IMG/VR virus record: IMGVR_UViG_2639762883_000003
Length of the DNA: 64,000 bases
Reading direction: 5' to 3' (one strand)
Source: an uncultured virus (IMG/VR IMGVR_UViG_2639762883_000003)
Lineage: Duplodnaviria > Heunggongvirae > Uroviricota > Caudoviricetes
A program made the position numbers and the translations under genes. Within the stretch, counting starts at the first letter, position 1. Every line of letters starts with the position of its first letter. This document shows, piece by piece, positions 46,670 through 56,896 of the stretch. The notes beneath the pieces are model-generated. The model was not told the origin of the DNA. It did no database searches and worked only from the letters and a program-made list of their open reading frames with translations.

Positions 46670-47378
46670 CGTTAAGGGTCCGATTATTAGTAACGATGAC
46701 AAGTGGATTTATGACATGTTGGAAATGGACAGTACCGCTCCTAAGGATGTTATTGATGCATTACCAGATGATGGTTCAGATATTGAAGTTGATATTAATT
46801 CCGGCGGTGGTTTAGTAACTGCTGGAAGTGAAATCTATACAGCACTGATGAATTACTCCGGTAAGGTCACGGTCAACATTATGGGCATGGCTGCAAGTGC
46901 CGCGTCCGTAATCGCAATGGCCGGTAATCCAACACGAATCAGTCCGGTTGGCCAAATTATGATCCATAACTCTGCAGCTGGAGTTTATGGTGATTATCGT
47001 GATCAGGACAAATTGTCGGACATGTTAAAACAACTCAATGAAGCGATGGCCAATGCTTATCAATTGAAAACGAAGTTACCGATGGACGACTTGTTGGCTA
47101 AGATGGACTCTGAAACCTACTTGAATGCCGATCAAGCAAAGGAGCTTGGATTCGTAGACGAAGTTATGTTTACTGATGATAAGATTCAATTGGTAGCGGA
47201 TGGTGGTTCTGGGCTATTGCCGCAAACGGCGATTGATAAGATTGCCGAGTTAGTCAAGCCAGCTCCTGATTTATCTGATACTGATATTGACCGTATTTCA
47301 AACGCGGTCGTACAAAAATTAAATATTCAACCCACAAAGCAAGCAGAAAACAAATTTGTTGATCCGTTTGCTTTTTAA
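46656..47378 (+). CDS. ClpP-like prohead protease
   Basis: INSGGG, AASAASVI, MIHN, ETYLNADQAKELGFVD. Confidence 0.92.
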   Translation: MKKINVKGPIISNDDKWIYDMLEMDSTAPKDVIDALPDDGSDIEVDINSGGGLVTAGSEIYTALMNYSGKVTVNIMGMAASAASVIAMAGNPTRISPVGQIMIHNSAAGVYGDYRDQDKLSDMLKQLNEAMANAYQLKTKLPMDDLLAKMDSETYLNADQAKELGFVDEVMFTDDKIQLVADGGSGLLPQTAIDKIAELVKPAPDLSDTDIDRISNAVVQKLNIQPTKQAENKFVDPFAF

Positions 47379-47400
47379 TTTACGAAAGAAGGAAAAAACA

Positions 47401-48573
47401 ATGATTAAATTTGATCCCAAAACTTTTACTAATTTTTCAACTAAGCGGAAGGCTTATGCAGAATTGATGAAGAATAGCACGGATGCCGATAAACAAGCAC
47501 AGGGCTTTACTGATATGATGGACGCGCTTGGTGAAGATACCATGGCTGAAATCAAGAATCAAGTTCACTTACAGACGGATGATGTGCTGAACGCTCAACG
47601 TAAAGATCCATCAATGACGGGTGATGAAGTTAAGTTCTTTAACGCTTTAACGGCCGGTGACTTATCCCACACTGAAAAGACCGAAGTAACATTACCAGAA
47701 ACGACAGTAGACCAAATCTTTGAAGGCTTAGTTGATCAACATCCATTCTTGCAAACTATTAAGTTACAAACGACTGGTTTACGGTTGAAGTTTTTAAAGA
47801 CCGATGAAACAGGCGGTAAGGCTGTTTGGGGTAAAGTTTTCGATGAAATCAAAGGTCAATTAACAGCTAAGTTTGATGATCAAACGGCTACTCAATCCAA
47901 GCTGACGGCGTTTGTGGCATTGCCAAACGATATCTTAGAATTTGGTGCAGCTTGGATCAAGCAATTCGTGATGGCTCAAATTACCGAAGCATTTGCTGCA
48001 GCCCTCGAATCAGCATTCTTAGTTGGTGACGGTAACGATAAACCAATCGGTTTGATTTCTGACTTATCCAAGGGGACCGTTAGCGGTGACACGACTACTT
48101 ATGCTCAAAAGGCGTCTGTTGGTTCAATTACTTTAAAGGACACCGAAACTGCTAAGAAGGAATTAGCTGGTATTGTCAAGAAGTTATCAGTTAAGGAAAA
48201 TGGTAAGCCATACGTTGCCAAGGGTAAGACGGTCTTAGTCGTGACCCCAGGGATTTCGTTGGACATGGAAGCTGCCATGACGATGCAAAACGTCAATGGC
48301 CAATGGGTACTGGCTTATCCATTTGGAATCCAAATTGTTGAATCTCAATACGTACCAAATGGTAAGCTGATTGCCTTTGTTCCTGATCGTTACGATGCGT
48401 ATGTGGCTGGTGCTGTAAACATCAAGAAGTTCACTGAAACTTTGGCTATGGAAGACGGCACACTGTACACTGCTAAGCAATTTGCATATGGCAAGGGCAA
48501 AGATAACAACGTCGCTTTCGTTTATGACTTAGCGTTGGAAACAGCTACCACTACTGATACGGCGGGAAAATAG
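47401..48573 (+). CDS. Major capsid protein, HK97 fold
   Basis: LPET, HPFL, FLVGDGNDKPIG, AKQFAYGK. Confidence 0.92.
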   Translation: MIKFDPKTFTNFSTKRKAYAELMKNSTDADKQAQGFTDMMDALGEDTMAEIKNQVHLQTDDVLNAQRKDPSMTGDEVKFFNALTAGDLSHTEKTEVTLPETTVDQIFEGLVDQHPFLQTIKLQTTGLRLKFLKTDETGGKAVWGKVFDEIKGQLTAKFDDQTATQSKLTAFVALPNDILEFGAAWIKQFVMAQITEAFAAALESAFLVGDGNDKPIGLISDLSKGTVSGDTTTYAQKASVGSITLKDTETAKKELAGIVKKLSVKENGKPYVAKGKTVLVVTPGISLDMEAAMTMQNVNGQWVLAYPFGIQIVESQYVPNGKLIAFVPDRYDAYVAGAVNIKKFTETLAMEDGTLYTAKQFAYGKGKDNNVAFVYDLALETATTTDTAGK

Positions 48574-48707
48574 CGACCCCGGACACCGGGGTAACTAAGC
48601 CTACCGCGAACAGTACCGTAGCTGAAATCACTGCTTGGTTAGATGCTAACGGAATCGACCACACTGGAGCTACGTTGAAGGCCGATTTACTAGCATTAGT
48701 GGGGTGA
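48570..48707 (+). CDS. -1 frameshift extension of capsid (HeH/LEM-like domain)
   Basis: G GGA AAA at 48564-48570 before TAG; hairpin 48577-48591; open -1 frame IATP...TVAEITAWLDANGIDHTGATLKADLLALVG*. Confidence 0.75.
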   Translation: MATPDTGVTKPTANSTVAEITAWLDANGIDHTGATLKADLLALVG

Positions 48708-48711
48708 TTAA

Positions 48712-49017
48712 ATGGCAGATGAAAAGATGAATCCATTATTAGATCGATTCAAACTGCGTATGAAGATTTATCACAAAACCGAGGACGCGAATTTATCGCG
48801 AATTCTGAATGCAAGTCAGAAGCGTATCACTGATATTACTGGTATTGCCAGTAACGCCGGTGATGATGTGTATGACGAGCTAGTTTTAGAACGAGCACGA
48901 TACGCTTACAATGACCAAGTCGAGTTTTTCGACGCTAATTTTTTGGACGACTTATTGTCTGCGTCCTTGACCAGCTATGAACCGGGGGATGATGAAGATG
49001 AACCGACCGGAGTTTGA
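48712..49017 (+). CDS. Head-tail connector (gp6-like)
   Basis: ELVLERARYAYNDQVEFF motif. Confidence 0.8.
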   Translation: MADEKMNPLLDRFKLRMKIYHKTEDANLSRILNASQKRITDITGIASNAGDDVYDELVLERARYAYNDQVEFFDANFLDDLLSASLTSYEPGDDEDEPTGV

Positions 49018-49387
49018 GTACAAAGCACCACCAGTAAGAACGAATCAGCTTAATACGCCGGTTCGCTTTTTTCGTACCGTCAAAAATTTGGGGCCAGAGC
49101 CGGGGCGTGGTCAAACTGAACAAGCTTTTGAGTGTTTGGGTTTAGCTTATGATCCATCCACCAAAGACCGTGAAGTGCTTAACGTTAATGAAGCAAAGTA
49201 TGGCGTGACTATCAAGATTCGCGATACTTTTGGCGAATTTGACCCAACAACTAAGGACACCGTGGTTATTGACGACCGCCGGTATCTGGATGCCACTGGT
49301 CAACCGATTGTTTGGGATGTTATCCAGGTGGCGCCGGACCTAGAAAATAATGCTTTTGTAAAAATTGTGCTGGGGGTGACTAAATGA
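48998..49387 (+). CDS. Head closure protein
   Basis: LNTPV.F, VTIKIRD; position. Confidence 0.7.
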   Translation: MNRPEFEYKAPPVRTNQLNTPVRFFRTVKNLGPEPGRGQTEQAFECLGLAYDPSTKDREVLNVNEAKYGVTIKIRDTFGEFDPTTKDTVVIDDRRYLDATGQPIVWDVIQVAPDLENNAFVKIVLGVTK

Positions 49388-49791
49388 CGGAAGTAACGGT
49401 TAAGTTCACAGGCGTTGATGAAGTCATCAACAAGCTGTCCCAGAAACTGAGTCCAGCAAAACTGAATCGTGCTGAAAACGATGCGCTACGAGTGGCTGGT
49501 AGGCGTGTAGCAGTTGAGTTAAAGAATGTGGTCGCCAGCTATCGTGACACAGGTCAAACAGTTCTTCAAGTATCAGTCGGTAACCCTCATAGTCGGGGCG
49601 GCGTACGGACGATTAAGATTGGTTGGCACGCGGGATCTCGCTGGCGATTAGTCCATCTGAATGAGCTCGGATATACACGGTTCAGCAAAACCTATCATCC
49701 ACGAGGCATGGGTAAAGTTCAAGGTGCATTTGATAGTAGCCGTGGCCCTGCCAAGGCACTTGAAGAAGCTGAATTGAGGAAACTACTATGA
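49384..49791 (+). CDS. HK97 gp10-like tail component
   Basis: RDTG, RWRLVHLNE.G motifs. Confidence 0.75.
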   Translation: MTEVTVKFTGVDEVINKLSQKLSPAKLNRAENDALRVAGRRVAVELKNVVASYRDTGQTVLQVSVGNPHSRGGVRTIKIGWHAGSRWRLVHLNELGYTRFSKTYHPRGMGKVQGAFDSSRGPAKALEEAELRKLL

Positions 49792-50210
49792 CCGAAACCA
49801 AGGATATGCTTGCAACTATTTATACCGCGTTGTTGGCAAATGCAACAATTGCAAAACTGACATTGGCTGGTGATGGCAGTCATCGAATTAGTTATTTTGA
49901 AAGCCCAGAAACGGCTGACCACGACAATCTATTTGTTGTGATTACACCTGTCGGGCCACCGGTACCAGCGGCTGTTGGCAGTGATGATTATTTGAATGTG
50001 CAATTCACGTTTCAAGTCAATGTTGAATCTATCAGTCGACCGGCACGTAATGCTGTGGCACGTGAAATTCAAAACGAAATGCTTGCTTTGGGCTTTTCAA
50101 GATTAGCTGGTGTTCAGAACGAATTAGATGAATTCATGACTGAAACTAACCGCTTTGTTGATGTTCGCAGATACCGCGGTAACACTAAATTGTATGACAC
50201 AAATTATTAA
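49788..50210 (+). CDS. Tail terminator
   Basis: FQVNVES, VDVRRYRG; position. Confidence 0.7.
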   Translation: MTETKDMLATIYTALLANATIAKLTLAGDGSHRISYFESPETADHDNLFVVITPVGPPVPAAVGSDDYLNVQFTFQVNVESISRPARNAVAREIQNEMLALGFSRLAGVQNELDEFMTETNRFVDVRRYRGNTKLYDTNY

Positions 50211-50224
50211 GGAGAGATGTAATT

Positions 50225-50836
50225 ATGTTTGTAGGATATAAACGATTAAAGATTCAACCATTTGCCGAAGACGGCACGAAAAAAGGTGACCTGATTATTG
50301 TTGAAGGTCAGGCACACAAAGGGGCTACGACCACTGCTGAAATCAGTGGCTTAGCTAAAGACCCAGTGAAAGTACCGGGGTCTAATATCGATTACTACTT
50401 GTCACGTCAAGGCTTGGGTGACACCAAGGTAGCACTCGGTATTTTAGATTTACCGGAAGTTAGTGCTGACCTATTGGCTGGGTTCCGTGTCGATGATGAC
50501 AAGATCAGCTATGGTGGTGAAGATACGTTGCCACCATATTGCTCAATTGAAATGGAATCCAAAGAAGACACTGGCGAAATTGCGTTAGTTGGTTTCTTCA
50601 AGGGAACATTTACGCGGGATAAGATTAGCTTGAGCACGCTGGATTCATCTAAATCATTTACACCAGAAGCTGATGCCTGGACTTTTACGCCAATTAGTTC
50701 GATTGCCACTGCTACTAACGGCGAAGTGATGCAGAAGTTTGTGGGCGATGCCACTAAGGATGCGACGACTGTTACGAAGTTTGAAAAGCAATTGTTTGAT
50801 CCAGCAGGTAGCGATACAAATCCAAGTAATGGATAA
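50225..50836 (+). CDS. Major tail protein, phi13-like
   Basis: VGYKR, PPYC..., GFFKGTF motifs. Confidence 0.85.
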   Translation: MFVGYKRLKIQPFAEDGTKKGDLIIVEGQAHKGATTTAEISGLAKDPVKVPGSNIDYYLSRQGLGDTKVALGILDLPEVSADLLAGFRVDDDKISYGGEDTLPPYCSIEMESKEDTGEIALVGFFKGTFTRDKISLSTLDSSKSFTPEADAWTFTPISSIATATNGEVMQKFVGDATKDATTVTKFEKQLFDPAGSDTNPSNG

Positions 50837-50929
50837 TTCTGAAAAAACATATTGAATAACTAACCACTAGTCGCCGATAAATCAACAATACCAATTGGGG
50901 CGGCTTTGCGTGTATGGAGGGAAAAGACT

Positions 50930-51244
50930 ATGAGTACACCACTAAAGATGGAATTACTTATTGATGGTAAAAAGCAGACCTTCACGGAATCGTTCATTCC
51001 GGCAGGCCGTATCTTGGACGCATTGGACTTAATCGAAACCGATAACTCAGATCGTAAATTGCGTGATGTTTTTGAAGAACGAGTAGCATTTCTAGCCAAA
51101 GTATTTACTGATCCATTGGTAACGACGGATGCAATTTGGAATGGATTCAATGCGATTGATTTTGATGACCGTACTTTCACAATTATCTGCAAAGTAGCTG
51201 GTGTAAACCCAAAAAAGCTACAGATGGCGACGACACCGGAATAA
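50930..51244 (+). CDS. Tail assembly chaperone (G-like)
   Basis: GGAGGG RBS; ends NPKKL with A AAA AAG slippery site 51211-51217. Confidence 0.8.
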   Translation: MSTPLKMELLIDGKKQTFTESFIPAGRILDALDLIETDNSDRKLRDVFEERVAFLAKVFTDPLVTTDAIWNGFNAIDFDDRTFTIICKVAGVNPKKLQMATTPE

Positions 51245-51489
51245 CCATCAAAGAAGCCCGCAAAAGAGTATTATCAGCAGTCGGCGCAATTGTTGAAAAC
51301 CGCACCGGCTACACACTTTCGAGCGTATTAAATGATGTTGATTTTCAATTGTTGTCGCAAATAATCGAAGCAACGACTGAACAGACTCAGCAGACTGAAA
51401 GTGGGACCCGAGTTAAACCGGGGACTGTGGGGGTAAACCCTGGTAATCAGCCTGTCATGAGTCTTTTTGACTTTGCTAGAAAATCTTAA
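51217..51489 (+). CDS. Tail assembly chaperone -1 frameshift extension (GT-like), not in ORF track
   Basis: -1 frame open from the slippery site to TAA 51487-51489, just before TMP. Confidence 0.8.
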   Translation, partial: ATDGDDTGITIKEARKRVLSAVGAIVENRTGYTLSSVLNDVDFQLLSQIIEATTEQTQQTESGTRVKPGTVGVNPGNQPVMSLFDFARKS

Positions 51490-51507
51490 TGAAGGGAGGA
51501 ATAATAA

Positions 51508-54500
51508 ATGGCAGATGAAGTATTAGGCCGCATGGTCATCGAGTTAGGGCTGGATCACGCTGCGTTTGGTAAAGGGTTAACCGGTGCTAAACGTGAAGTT
51601 AAGTATGCAATGGCTGAGATGAAATCATCAATGGCCGTACTCGGTCAATCGGGCCGCCGGTTTGACGTCCTATCAGCTAAGTCTAAAGGCTTGTCACAAG
51701 TAATGATGAGTCAGCAGCGGGTTGTTGAAAAACTGGGTAAAGCGTACAAGGATTCGCTGGTCGATGGTAAACCAACCGCGCAAACAGCTAAGCTAGCAAC
51801 TCAATTGCAGAATGCCAATGCTAAATTAGCCTCATTACAAACTCAGTACAAGAATAATGCAGCGGCAATGGCTAAAGCACGCGTTGAGCAAACTGGTTTT
51901 ACCGGTGGCTTAAATAAAGTTAGCAAGGCCGCTGTAGCGACTGGTACATCGATGAAGAACATCGGCTCAACGATGACCCGCAAAGTTAGCGCCCCAATTG
52001 CGGCTGGTTTAGCCATTGCAACTAAATCCGCTATCACTTTTGATTCGCAAATCAAGTCCATGGGGCCTCTGCTGACTAATGGGGGCGCAGTTACCGCTAA
52101 GTACCGGTCACAGTTGGATCAGTTAGGTGATGCATCTAAAAAAATGTCGATGAAGTACGGTGTCTCGACTACTGAAATCAACAACGGCATGGCGGAACTT
52201 ATTCGGCGTGGTTACACGACTAACCAAGTTCTAGGCTCAATGCCGTCTATCTTAGATGCAACCATGGCTTCCGGTGAAGATATGGGTACGGTCATGAATG
52301 CCACAGCGTCAATCGTTGAACAGTTCGGGTTAAAGACTAACTCAACGGCTGGGACGATGAAGAACACGCAACGGGTTACTGACTCGCTGACATACGCGGC
52401 CAATGCGACTGCGGCTGGCTTCGGTGATATGTCTGATGCGATGAGCTACGTCGGGCCGGTTGCATCTAGTTTGGGTCTCAGCGTTGAACAAACTGCAGCG
52501 GCTGTTGGTGAGCTTAGTAACCAAGGAATCGAAGGCCAAAAAGCTGGGACTAATTTACGTGGTATGCTGACTAGTTTGATTAAGCCAACCAAGCAAAACA
52601 CCGAAGGATTCAAGAGTATGGGCATTAGTTCGAAGCAACTGGCCCATGACTCACACGATTTACCGCAACTAATTGATGATATCACACATGGTACTAAGGG
52701 CTGGTCAAACGCTGAACGTGGTAAGGCATTAGCCCAAGCATTCGGACGTGAGAATCAAGCTGCTGCTAACGCATTAGTTAAGGCCGGTTCTAAGAGTCTG
52801 CGTGACTTGACTAAAGATACTGAGAACGCTGGTGGTGCGACTAAGAAAGTTGCCGAGCAAATGAGCAATACTTCGGCAAATAATGTCAAGAAACTGATTG
52901 CGTCATTAAAAGTGCTAGGAATTGAAATCGGTGAGAAGTTAATTCCAAAACTAACACCGTTAGTTAAGAAAGCCACGGATATGGTTCAAGGCTTCTCGAA
53001 GATGGATGATGCCACTCAGAATACAATTATTAAGTTTGCCCTATTAGCTGCTGCTGGTGGCCCAGTATTGAGTATGCTGGGTAATATCATCGGTGGATTT
53101 GGAATATTTGGTGGCGGTATTGTTAAAGTTATTAGCGCTACCGCACAATGGCACGCGAAGAATCAAGCAGCTAAAGAATCACTCGCGATGTTAAAAGGTG
53201 CGACTGATGCTACCAGTGGTGGTTTCAAAGCATTCAAGGGAAGTGTTGATACTGTAAATGGCTCGGCATCAACGGCTAAGTCAACGTTTGGATTACTGAA
53301 AGGTGCCTTTACGACGGCCGAAGCTGGCGCCGGTGTATTAGGAACCTCATTAAGTGTGACGGGTGCAGCGGTGACCGGTGTTGGTTTAGCAGCTGTAGCC
53401 GGTGTGGCTTACTGGCAACTCTATGGTAAGGAAGCGGCAGCTAGCGCTGCACGAACACGGCAGTGGGGTTCAGATGTCGGTGAACAGGCTGATTCCGCAC
53501 TGACTAAATTTAAAGGATTTAGCACTAGCGCGGGTACGTCTTTGACTGACTTTGAAACAGCTAGTCAAACTAGCACGAAGAAGGTTGCTAAAGACTTCAG
53601 TGATATGTATACGGAGATGGAGAAGGATTCCAAAGACACTATCCAGCAGATGCAGAAGGATATGAAGGGCCTACCCGACTCTGTTCAAGATGACTTAAAA
53701 AAAGATATCGCTGATCGCAAGAAGCATAATGCTACAGTATTGGCCGATGCTAAGGAAAATTACAATAACGCGGAAGCTATACTCAAGAACCACAACGGTA
53801 AGATGTCTGGCTTGAGTGATACAGAACGAACTGCATTACTGAACAGCCAACGTAAAATGAATAGCGATGAAATCAGTTTACTAAAAATTGGTGGAAGTGC
53901 TAAGAAGAACGTTCTAGCTGCATTGAATGGGGATATTGGTAACATGACCCGTAAGCAACGTGATACGACCATTAATCAATTGACGTCTTCAATGCAGAAA
54001 GAAAATAAGCTTTACAATGATCAGAGCCAGCAGATCAAGTCCATGTACGATAAAGGTGAAATTTCTGCGTCACAATATGGCAAAGCAATGACTGATCTAC
54101 AAGCTACTCATAAGTCAACAACAGATGGTATGGCTGCGGCAATCTATAAACTGGATAAGGCAAATGGAACTTCGAAAGCCCAAATTACTCAGGATTTACT
54201 AAATGTTGGCTACACTTACAAGCAAGCTGCTGCAATTGTAAAACGACAGAATGATGACATGAGTAAGAGTACATCCTTGGTGGTTGCTGAAACTGGCAAC
54301 ATGAGCAAGAAGTCTAAGGCAGCGGCTGATACCTGGAATAGCTTAGTATTTGATTCCAAGACTGGAAAAGTTAAGACCAATGCGCAGGCAGAAGTCAATA
54401 AGGCCGCTAAGTCGAAAGACAAATGGAATCAGATGAAACTACTGGTTAAACAGGGAAAGATGAGTTCTAATGCCGCGGCCATGGTTGGGGTTGCGGCTGT

Positions 54501-56052
54501 TCAGACCAAACGCTGGGATGGTTTAACGCTTAAAGAGAAACAGGCGATGATTAAGTCTAAAGGTGGCGATGATCTAGCCGGGTTAATCGAAAAGGGCAAA
54601 CAATGGGGCAAGTTTACCCCAGCCGAAAAGAAGGCCATCATTACTTCCAAAGGCGGACCAGAACTCTTAGGCGTCATGACTAAGGCTCAAACTTGGAATA
54701 AGTTAACGATGGCTGAGAAGCGGGCAGTCTTAAAGGACAACGCGTCGCCAGCCATGAAGCAAGCTACGGTTGGTATTAAAGATTGGAACAATTTAACGCC
54801 ACAAATGAAGACGGTCATGGCCAAAGCTAAGGGTGCCGAAGATGTGGCTAAAGGCGTTAGGAATGTCAAAGACTGGAACAGCTTACCCACGTCTGAAAAG
54901 AAATTAATTGCAAACGACAAGGGCGCTACGAGAATTATTAAGAAGGTAACTGGTAATTATAAGGCTTATCAGAATTTACCAAAAAACGCTACTAAGAATT
55001 TATTTGCTAAGGACAATGCTAGCAAGAATGCTGGTAAAGCTAAAATTTCAGTTGATAGGTTTGGCCGAGTTAAGGTAACTGGTAAGGTACTTAAGGCTAC
55101 TGATAAGGCGTCTGGTCCTGCCAAGAGCGGTAAAAAGGGACTAGATAAATTTAATTCAACCAAAATGCAGACCAAAACTGCAAAAGGTAAGGATTCGGCC
55201 TCAGGTTCAATGAACGGTGCACGTAAATCGGCAATGAAATATAACGGCGTTAATATGGCACTCAAAACTGCTCGTGGACATGACGCTGCATCTAGTCCAA
55301 TTAACGGTGCTCACCGGTCGCTTGATCGATATAACGGGGTAGGTATGCGCGGAAAAACCGCTCGCGGATATGATTCGGCAAGCGGTGCTATGGGACGCGC
55401 TAAAGGTTCGTTAGGTCGCTACAACGGAACCGGTATGCGAGACAAGACTGCTCGTGGTCACGATGGCGCTTCTGGTCCAATCAGTAGCGCAATCCGTACT
55501 CTAAGCCACTGGAATGCAATGGGGAACGTGACTCACTTCATTACAACTGTTTTTCGTAAAATTACTCGGCACGCAACAGGTACAACAGGTACCGATGGTA
55601 ATCCAATCATTGTTAATGACGAAGAAAGTTCAGTATTCCGTGAAGCTGTCAAGTATCCCGGGCATCCAGCGTTTATTCCACACGGACGTAATGTCTATCT
55701 GAATGCACCAAAAGGAACGCAAGTTATCCCGGCTGGCTTAACTGCTAAGATGTTTGGTGTTTCACAGTATGCGGGTGGTACTATTCCGGCTAACTCATCA
55801 ATCATACAAGCTTCGAAAGCAATCAACGACTCAATTGGCGGAGATAATACCACAATCAACTATAACTTGGGTGGTAGCGACAGTACACAAGCAATCGTAG
55901 CAGGCCTGGAAGCAATCTTGGATAAGCTTGATGACCAACAACCAACATTTGAAGTGCACAACGATATGATTGGTGAAAAGCTGCGGACTTTGATTAAACA
56001 AAAGGATTCACGGGAACACAATTTAAATCGATTCTTCTCACAAGGAGGTTAG
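51508..56052 (+). CDS. Tape measure protein, TP901 family
   Basis: 1514 aa; LTYAANAT, GIEGQKAGTNLR core; C-terminal ~29-aa KTARGHD.AS repeats. Confidence 0.93.
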   Translation: MADEVLGRMVIELGLDHAAFGKGLTGAKREVKYAMAEMKSSMAVLGQSGRRFDVLSAKSKGLSQVMMSQQRVVEKLGKAYKDSLVDGKPTAQTAKLATQLQNANAKLASLQTQYKNNAAAMAKARVEQTGFTGGLNKVSKAAVATGTSMKNIGSTMTRKVSAPIAAGLAIATKSAITFDSQIKSMGPLLTNGGAVTAKYRSQLDQLGDASKKMSMKYGVSTTEINNGMAELIRRGYTTNQVLGSMPSILDATMASGEDMGTVMNATASIVEQFGLKTNSTAGTMKNTQRVTDSLTYAANATAAGFGDMSDAMSYVGPVASSLGLSVEQTAAAVGELSNQGIEGQKAGTNLRGMLTSLIKPTKQNTEGFKSMGISSKQLAHDSHDLPQLIDDITHGTKGWSNAERGKALAQAFGRENQAAANALVKAGSKSLRDLTKDTENAGGATKKVAEQMSNTSANNVKKLIASLKVLGIEIGEKLIPKLTPLVKKATDMVQGFSKMDDATQNTIIKFALLAAAGGPVLSMLGNIIGGFGIFGGGIVKVISATAQWHAKNQAAKESLAMLKGATDATSGGFKAFKGSVDTVNGSASTAKSTFGLLKGAFTTAEAGAGVLGTSLSVTGAAVTGVGLAAVAGVAYWQLYGKEAAASAARTRQWGSDVGEQADSALTKFKGFSTSAGTSLTDFETASQTSTKKVAKDFSDMYTEMEKDSKDTIQQMQKDMKGLPDSVQDDLKKDIADRKKHNATVLADAKENYNNAEAILKNHNGKMSGLSDTERTALLNSQRKMNSDEISLLKIGGSAKKNVLAALNGDIGNMTRKQRDTTINQLTSSMQKENKLYNDQSQQIKSMYDKGEISASQYGKAMTDLQATHKSTTDGMAAAIYKLDKANGTSKAQITQDLLNVGYTYKQAAAIVKRQNDDMSKSTSLVVAETGNMSKKSKAAADTWNSLVFDSKTGKVKTNAQAEVNKAAKSKDKWNQMKLLVKQGKMSSNAAAMVGVAAVQTKRWDGLTLKEKQAMIKSKGGDDLAGLIEKGKQWGKFTPAEKKAIITSKGGPELLGVMTKAQTWNKLTMAEKRAVLKDNASPAMKQATVGIKDWNNLTPQMKTVMAKAKGAEDVAKGVRNVKDWNSLPTSEKKLIANDKGATRIIKKVTGNYKAYQNLPKNATKNLFAKDNASKNAGKAKISVDRFGRVKVTGKVLKATDKASGPAKSGKKGLDKFNSTKMQTKTAKGKDSASGSMNGARKSAMKYNGVNMALKTARGHDAASSPINGAHRSLDRYNGVGMRGKTARGYDSASGAMGRAKGSLGRYNGTGMRDKTARGHDGASGPISSAIRTLSHWNAMGNVTHFITTVFRKITRHATGTTGTDGNPIIVNDEESSVFREAVKYPGHPAFIPHGRNVYLNAPKGTQVIPAGLTAKMFGVSQYAGGTIPANSSIIQASKAINDSIGGDNTTINYNLGGSDSTQAIVAGLEAILDKLDDQQPTFEVHNDMIGEKLRTLIKQKDSREHNLNRFFSQGG

Positions 56053-56055
56053 CAA

Positions 56056-56877
56056 ATGGATGCTTTAATTACAAACTTAAATGGAACTGAACATAAGTTG
56101 AGTGACTTCGGCTTCCAAGTGCTCAACTTCGAAGAATCGGCGCCAACAATCACCAGAACTACTAAGAGTTTTGATGGGCGCGCCGGTTCATTAGATTATG
56201 GGGGCCGGCATGTCGTTAAGAGGATTACAATCAATGGTTTGTATTGGGTTAAAAGCCTGGAACAAGCGGATGACGTGCGAGATAAAGTTAACACGGCTTT
56301 ATCACAAACGGACCCCGTTTATTTAACGCGCGTTTACGGCGGTCGAAACTTGTATGACGTGCGTGAGAGTGGCAAAGACTTTGTGATGCCAGCACAAACT
56401 GTTGATAAGAAACGGTTTAAAGTGTATCGAACAGATACCAACCTACCATCAATTATCGAACGGACTGGTAAGGGTGTTTACTACACCTGGTCACTGGAAT
56501 TTGAGACAGTCGAATTGCCATATGGTGAGAGTAAGCCACGGTCGCAAACGTTAGTTAGTGGCCAATCAATAACTTATAACGGTACAGTAGCTTGTTCACA
56601 GCTAGAACAGGCTTTTTATTTTGTCGTGACGGCTAAGGTGGCGTCTGCTGGTGGGTTTACGTTGACAGTCGATGGTCAATCATTGATAGTTACTAGCCCA
56701 GTAGTTGCTGGTGACGTTTATACGTTATCGGGCATGAATAATACTCGTGGCAATCAGAACATTAATGATAAAACCAATGCGGGGTATTTTATCCTGCATC
56801 CCGGTGCAGCTAACAAGATAGTATGTTCAATCAGTGCGGACATTCAGATCAAGAATTTGTGTGATTTATATATTTAG
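56056..56877 (+). CDS. Distal tail protein (Dit)
   Basis: FETVELPYGES, I.YNGT, YF.L.PG.N motifs; after TMP. Confidence 0.8.
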   Translation: MDALITNLNGTEHKLSDFGFQVLNFEESAPTITRTTKSFDGRAGSLDYGGRHVVKRITINGLYWVKSLEQADDVRDKVNTALSQTDPVYLTRVYGGRNLYDVRESGKDFVMPAQTVDKKRFKVYRTDTNLPSIIERTGKGVYYTWSLEFETVELPYGESKPRSQTLVSGQSITYNGTVACSQLEQAFYFVVTAKVASAGGFTLTVDGQSLIVTSPVVAGDVYTLSGMNNTRGNQNINDKTNAGYFILHPGAANKIVCSISADIQIKNLCDLYI

Positions 56878-56896
56878 GAAGGTGAGGTGAAAATTA

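Noticed and set aside
50869..50908. Imperfect hairpin between P2 tail tube and chaperone
   Set aside because: Weak stem and short T tail; cannot be distinguished from an ordinary partial terminator
55000..55490. 87-bp-period nucleotide repeats
   Set aside because: Explained by ~29-aa repeats in the tape measure protein
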